NCBI RefSeq assembly: GCF_009914755.1
Contig: NC_060926.1
From: the human T2T-CHM13v2.0 reference genome, Homo sapiens
Direction: 5' to 3' (one strand)
DNA length: 64,000 nt
The notes below the pieces were generated by a model. That model did no database searches. It saw only the letters and a program-made list of their open reading frames with translations, and was not told the DNA's origin. Positions 58,560 to 64,000 of the stretch are shown here, in pieces (the first letter of the stretch is position 1; each line of letters starts with the position of its first letter). Position numbers and translations under genes: made by a program.

Positions 58560-61500
58560 TTCTTTTTGGCAGAATGATGTATTTTCCTTTGGGTATTGAT
58601 ATGGTTTCACCGTGTTCCACCCAAATCTTATCTTGAATTGTAGCTCCCGTATCCCTAAGTGTAGTGTGAGGGACCTGGTAGGAGGTAATTGAATCATGGG
58701 GGCGGGTTTTCCCGTGCTGTTCTCGTGATAATGAATAAGTCTCAGGAGATCTGATGGTTTTATAAAGGGCAGTTCCCCCGCACATGATCTCTTGCCTGCT
58801 GCCACTTAAGACGCAGCTTTGCTCCTCCTCTGCCTTCTGCCATGATTGTGAGGCCTCCCCAGCCATGTGGAACTGTGAGTCCATTAAACCTCTTTTTGTT
58901 TATAAAGTACTCAGTCTTGGGTATGTCTTTATTAGCAGTGTGAGAACAGACTAATACAGGTACATACCCAATAATGGGATTGCTGGGTCAAATGGTAGCT
59001 CTGTTTTAAGTTCTTTGAGAAATCTCCAAACTGCTTTCTATAGTGGATGAACTAATTTACATTCCCACTAATTGTGTATAAGCATTCCCTTTTCTCCATA
59101 GCCTCCCTAGGTATGGAGAAATAACTGTTATTTATTAGCTTTATAATAGCCATTCTGACTTGTGTGAGATGGCATCTCATCGTGGTTTTGATTTGCATTT
59201 CTCTGATGATTAGTTATAATTAGCATTTTTTCATATGTTTGCTGGCTGCTTGTATTTTGCCATTTTTTGATGAGGTTGTTTTTTGCTTGTTGATTTAAGT
59301 TTTTAATAGATTCTGGATATTAGACTGTTGTCAAATGCGGTTTGTGAATATTTTCTCCCATTATGTAGGTTGTGTGTTTATTGAAAATTTCTTTTGCTGT
59401 GCAGGTGCTCTTTAGTTTAATTTGGTGCCACTTGTCAATTTTTGTTTTTGTTCCAATTGTTTTTGCAAACAACCAACAATTCTTTGCCAAGCCTGTGTCG
59501 AAAAGGTTATTTTCTAGGTTTTCTTGTTTTCTAGGAATTTTATAGTTTGAGATTGTACATTTAAATCTTTAATCCATCTTGAGTTAATTTTTGTATATTA
59601 GGAAAGGTAGAGGTGCAGTTTCTTTCTTCTGCATATGGCTAGTGAGTTATTCCAGCACCATTTATTGAATAGGGAATCTTTTCCCCATTGCTTGTTTTTG
59701 TCAGCTTTGTCAAAGATTAGATGGTTGTGGGTGTGCAGCTTTATTTCTGGGTTTTCTGTTCTGTTCTATTGGTCCATGTGTCTGTTTTTGTACCAATACC
59801 TTGCTGTTTTGGTTACTGTAGCCTTGTAGCATAGTTTGAAGCCCAGGTAATGTGCTGCCTTTACCTTTGTTGTTTTTGGTTAGAATTGCTTTGGCTAGTT
59901 GGCTCTTTTTTGGTTCCATATGAATTTTAGAATAGTTTTTTCTAATTCTGTGAAAAAAGATATAAATAGTTTGATAGGAATTGCATTGAATCTGTAAATT
60001 GCTTTGGGCATTATGGCCATTTTAACAATAATGATTCTTCCAGTCCACGAGCATGGAATCTTTTTCCATCTCTGATTTATTTCAGCAGTGTTTTGTAGTT
60101 CTCCATGTAGAAATCTTTTATCTCCTTGGTTTGGCTGTATTCCTGGGCATTTCATTTTGTGCGTATGTGGCTATCATAAATGGGATTGAGTTATTGATTT
60201 GAATCTCAGCTTGACCATTTAAGGTGTATAGAAATGCTACTGATTTTTGTACATTTATTTTGTATTCCAAAACTTTACTCAAGTCATTTATCAGTTCTAG
60301 GGGCCTTTTGGCAGAGTCTTTAGGGGTTTTTAGGTATAGAATTATATCATCAGCAAAGAGAGATCATTTGATTTCTTCCCTTCCTATTTGTATGCCTTTT
60401 ACTTCTTTCTCTTGCATGATTGCTCTGACTAGAACTTCCAGTACTATGTTGAATAAGAGTGGTAAGGGTGAGCATCCTTGTCTCATTCTAGGTCTCAAGG
60501 GGAATGGTTTCAACTTTTGCCCATGCAGTATGATGTTGGCTGTGTGTTTGTCATAGATGGCTCTTATTATTTTGAAGTCTATTCCTTTGATCCCTAGTCT
60601 GCTTAGGGATTTTATCATGAAGGGATGTTGGATTTTATCAAAAGCTGTTTCTGTGTCTATTGAGATGATCATATGATTTTTGCTTTTAATTCTGTTCATG
60701 TGGTGAATCACATTTATTGATTTGCATATGTTAAAACAGCTTTGAATCCCAGGAATAAAGTCTACTTGTTTGTGGTGTATTAACTTTTTGATGTGCTTCT
60801 AGATTCTGTTCACTAGGATTTTGTTAAGGATTTTTTGCATCTATGTTCATCAGGGATATTGGCCTGAAGTTTTCTTTTTTCATTGTGTCTCTGCCAGATA
60901 TTGGTGTCAGGGTGATACTAGCTTAGTATTCAATAGAATGAGTTATGAAGGAAACCTTCCTCTTTGATATTTTGGAATAGTTTTAGTAGAACTGGTACCA
61001 GCTCTTTGTATATCTGGTAGAATTTGACTGTGAATCCATCTGGTCCAGGGCTTTTTTTTTTTGTAGTTTTTTTATATTATTTATTCAATTTCAGAACTTG
61101 TTACTGGTCTGTTCGGGGTTTCACTGTCATTCTGGTTCAGTCTTGGCAGGTTGTATATTTCCAGGAATTTATCCATTTCCTCTAGATTTTCTAATTCGTG
61201 TATATAGAATTGTTCATAATAGTCTCTGAGGATCTTTTTTATTTCTCTAGAATCTGTTGTAATTTCATCTTTGTCAATTCTTGTTGTGTTTATTCTTTTT
61301 TCTTTTTATTTGTTAATCTAGAGTCAATTGTTGGAGTGCTGGGTTTAAGTCCTCAATTTCTTTGTTAGTTTTCTGCCTCAATGATCAGTCACTGTTAGTG
61401 GGCGTGTTCAAGTATCCCACTATTGTTGTGTGACTGTCTATGTCTTTTCGTAGGTCTAGAAGTATTTTTTTAATAAATCTTTTAATAAATCTGGGTGCTC

Positions 61501-61810
61501 CAATGTTGGCTGTGTATATATTTAGAATAGCCAAGTCTTGTTGAATTGTACCCTTTATCATTATGTAATGTCCTTCTTTTTCCTTCTTAATTGGTGTTGG
61601 TTTATACTCTATTTTATCTGATATTAGAATAGTGACTCCTGCTCTTTTTAGTTTTCCATTTTCATGGTAGGTCCTTTTTCATCTCTTTATTTTGAGCCTA
61701 TGGGTGTTGTTACATGTGAGATGGTTCTCTTGAAGACAGCAAATGGTTGAGTCTTGTCTTTTTATCCAGCTATCCTCTCTATGTCTTTTACATGGAGCAT
61801 TTAGACCGCT
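58560..61810 (-). mobile_element. Older L1PA/L1PB ORF2 fragment with internal deletion
   Basis: ORF2 pieces at 59895-60155 and 60364-60711; split by THE1; L1 coordinates jump near 61320. Confidence 0.85.
58597..58958 (+). mobile_element. THE1 (C/D-like) MaLR solo LTR
   Basis: TGATATGGTTT start, gactaataCA end, 5-bp TSD GGTAT/GGTAC, and core ccatgattgtgaggcctccccagccatgtggaactgtgagtccattaaacc. Confidence 0.93.
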
Positions 61811-61844
61811 TAACTAACCCCACATTCAGGGTTAGTTAAAATTG

Positions 61845-62999
61845 AGAATTTTTTAGGGAAATATTTTTACTGGAATTGTTCACATTAGAAATAGAGCTCC
61901 TACCAATATCCACAGAAGATATAGAGAAAGTTACCAAAGAAATACTCCACAAAAAGCACCAGGCCCAAATGGGGGAAATTTATCAAATCTCCAAAGACTA
62001 GATATTCACAATGCCACCTCAGTTATTCTAGAATATTGAAAATGCCTGATAGAAAATACTTCTTTCATAATAGCAGCAAAGCAGGTAATATATTTAGGAA
62101 TAAATTTAATAAGAAATGCTAAAAACCCATATGATGGACACTTTTATGTTTTTAAAAAATCTTCTGGAAGACACAAAAATAGGCTTGGAAAAAATTTCTT
62201 AAATGGAATGACTCAACATAATAAAGATGATTTTTCTCTCTAAGTTAATTTATAATTTTAATACATGCCAATAAAAAATTCTTAAATGGGATGACTCAAC
62301 ATGATAAAGATTTTTTTTCTCTCTAGGTTAATTTATAATTTTAACACATGCCTATGAAAATACTGACAAGTTTATAATAAAGCTTATATGCATAAATAGA
62401 CGTCTAAGAATAACTACCAAAAATGTTGAAAAAAGAATAGCTATGAGGAGTACTATACTGCCCAAATATTTAATGTAAACACTCTATAATTAAAAGAACG
62501 TGGTACTGGCACATGAATAGCTGTCAGACCAGTAGAGTAGAATAGACGCCAAAATACATGTAGAAATGTATAAAATATATAGTATCTCAAATCACTGAAA
62601 CAAATATGAATTTTTCATAAACGTAGCTGGTACAACTGAATAGCTATTTGGATAAAGATAAAATTAGATCTATGGTTCACATTCTACACACCAATATATA
62701 AATTAGGGATCTAAAAATAAAATAAAACTGTAAGTAAAGATGGACAAATTATTTTATGATTTGTTCATAAAAAGGGTTATCTAACTATGACTTAAAAATC
62801 TGGATGCAAGAATAGAATGAATTGATAAATTTGATTATACAACAAATAAATCTTTTGCAATGAAAAATTGTAAACAAAGTAAAAATACACTTATAAACAG
62901 AGAGAATCTATTTGTATTACATATTATAGCTGAGGGCTAATATTTCCAATACTAGAGAGAGGGGAAACCAAAACTAGGTAGAAAAATGGTCAAAACACA
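61845..62999 (+). mobile_element. Old L1M ORF2 fragments
   Basis: aaaaagcaccaggcccaaatgg, gtggtactggcacatgaatag and other degenerate L1 sense motifs. Confidence 0.6.
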
Positions 63000-64000
63000 T
63001 TCTTCACAGAAATAGAAAAAAATTGCTTTAAAATTCCTATGGAACCAAAAAAGAGCCTGTATAGCCAAGACAATCCTAAGCAAAAAGAACAAAGCTGGAA
63101 GCATCACACTACTCAACTTCAAACTATACTACAAGGCTACCGTAACCAAAACAGCATGGTGCTGGTACAAAAACAGACATGTAGACCAATGGCACAAAAT
63201 AGAGATCTCAGAAATTAAACCTCACAACCATCTGATCTTCAACAAACCTAACAAAAACAATCAATGGGGAAAGGATTCCCTATTTAATAAATGGTGCTGG
63301 GAGAACTGGCTAGCCATATGCAGAAAATTGAGACTGGACCCCTTCCTTACACCTTATACAAAAATTAACTCAAGATGGATTAAAGATTTAAATGTAAAAC
63401 CCAAAACTATAAAAACCATAGAAGAAAATCTGGGCAATACCATTCAGGACATAGGCATGGAAAAAGATCTCATGACAAAACATCAAAAGCAATTGCAACA
63501 AAAGCAAAAATTGACAAATGGGATTTAATTAAACTAAAGAGCTTCTGCACAACAAAAGAAACTATCATCAGACTGAATAGACAACCTACAGAATAGGAAA
63601 AATTTTTGCAATCTGGGCAAAGGACATGAACACACATTTCTCAAAAGAAGACATTTATGTGGCATATGTATATTATATAATACATTATGTGGCATATATA
63701 TAAACTCAACATCACTGATCATTAGAGAAATGCAAATCAAAACCACAGTGAGATACCATCTCACACAGTCAGAATGGCAATTATTAAAACGTTAAGAAAC
63801 AACAGATGATGGTGAGGCTGTGGAGGAATAGGAACGCTTTTTACACTGTTGGTGAAATTAGTTCAACCATTGTGGAAGACAGTGTGGTGATTCCTCAAAG
63901 ACCTAGAACCAGAAATACCATCTGACCCAGAAATCTCATTACCGGGTATATACCCAAAGGAAAATTCATTCTATTATAAAGATATATGCATACACACATT
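63000..64000 (+). mobile_element. 5'-truncated L1PA ORF2 3' region, continuing past the window end
   Basis: [23 protein letters not shown] (63328-63528) and adjacent ORF2 text. Confidence 0.9.

Overview
This is primate (almost certainly human) genomic DNA. It contains the promoter, the non-coding exon 1 and the first ten coding exons (exons 2-11) of DNAH6, an axonemal inner-arm dynein heavy chain, on the + strand. The coding exons splice with GT-AG boundaries into one uninterrupted 1803-nt (601-codon) frame starting MTFRATDSEFDLTNIEEY; the gene continues beyond the window. The promoter (about 12.35-12.6 kb) is CpG-rich and carries RFX X-box-like motifs and a CCAAT box, as expected for a motile-cilia gene. 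The rest is mostly transposable elements: a near-full-length but ORF-disrupted L1PA4-like element upstream, a twin-primed L1PA3-like insertion, older L1 and L2 copies, several Alus including a human-specific AluYb8 just upstream of exon 11, MaLR/ERV LTRs, and hAT/Tigger DNA transposon relics. I found no convincing new biological system. The most interesting observations are: (1) the upstream L1 lacks its YY1 site and its antisense promoter points at DNAH6; (2) the AluYb8 sits about 50 nt from a splice acceptor; (3) there is a near-perfect template-switch hairpin in intron 2; (4) several short, locally copied segments lie in the introns. Repeat subfamily names come from recognising consensus features by eye, and the boundaries of old repeats are approximate.
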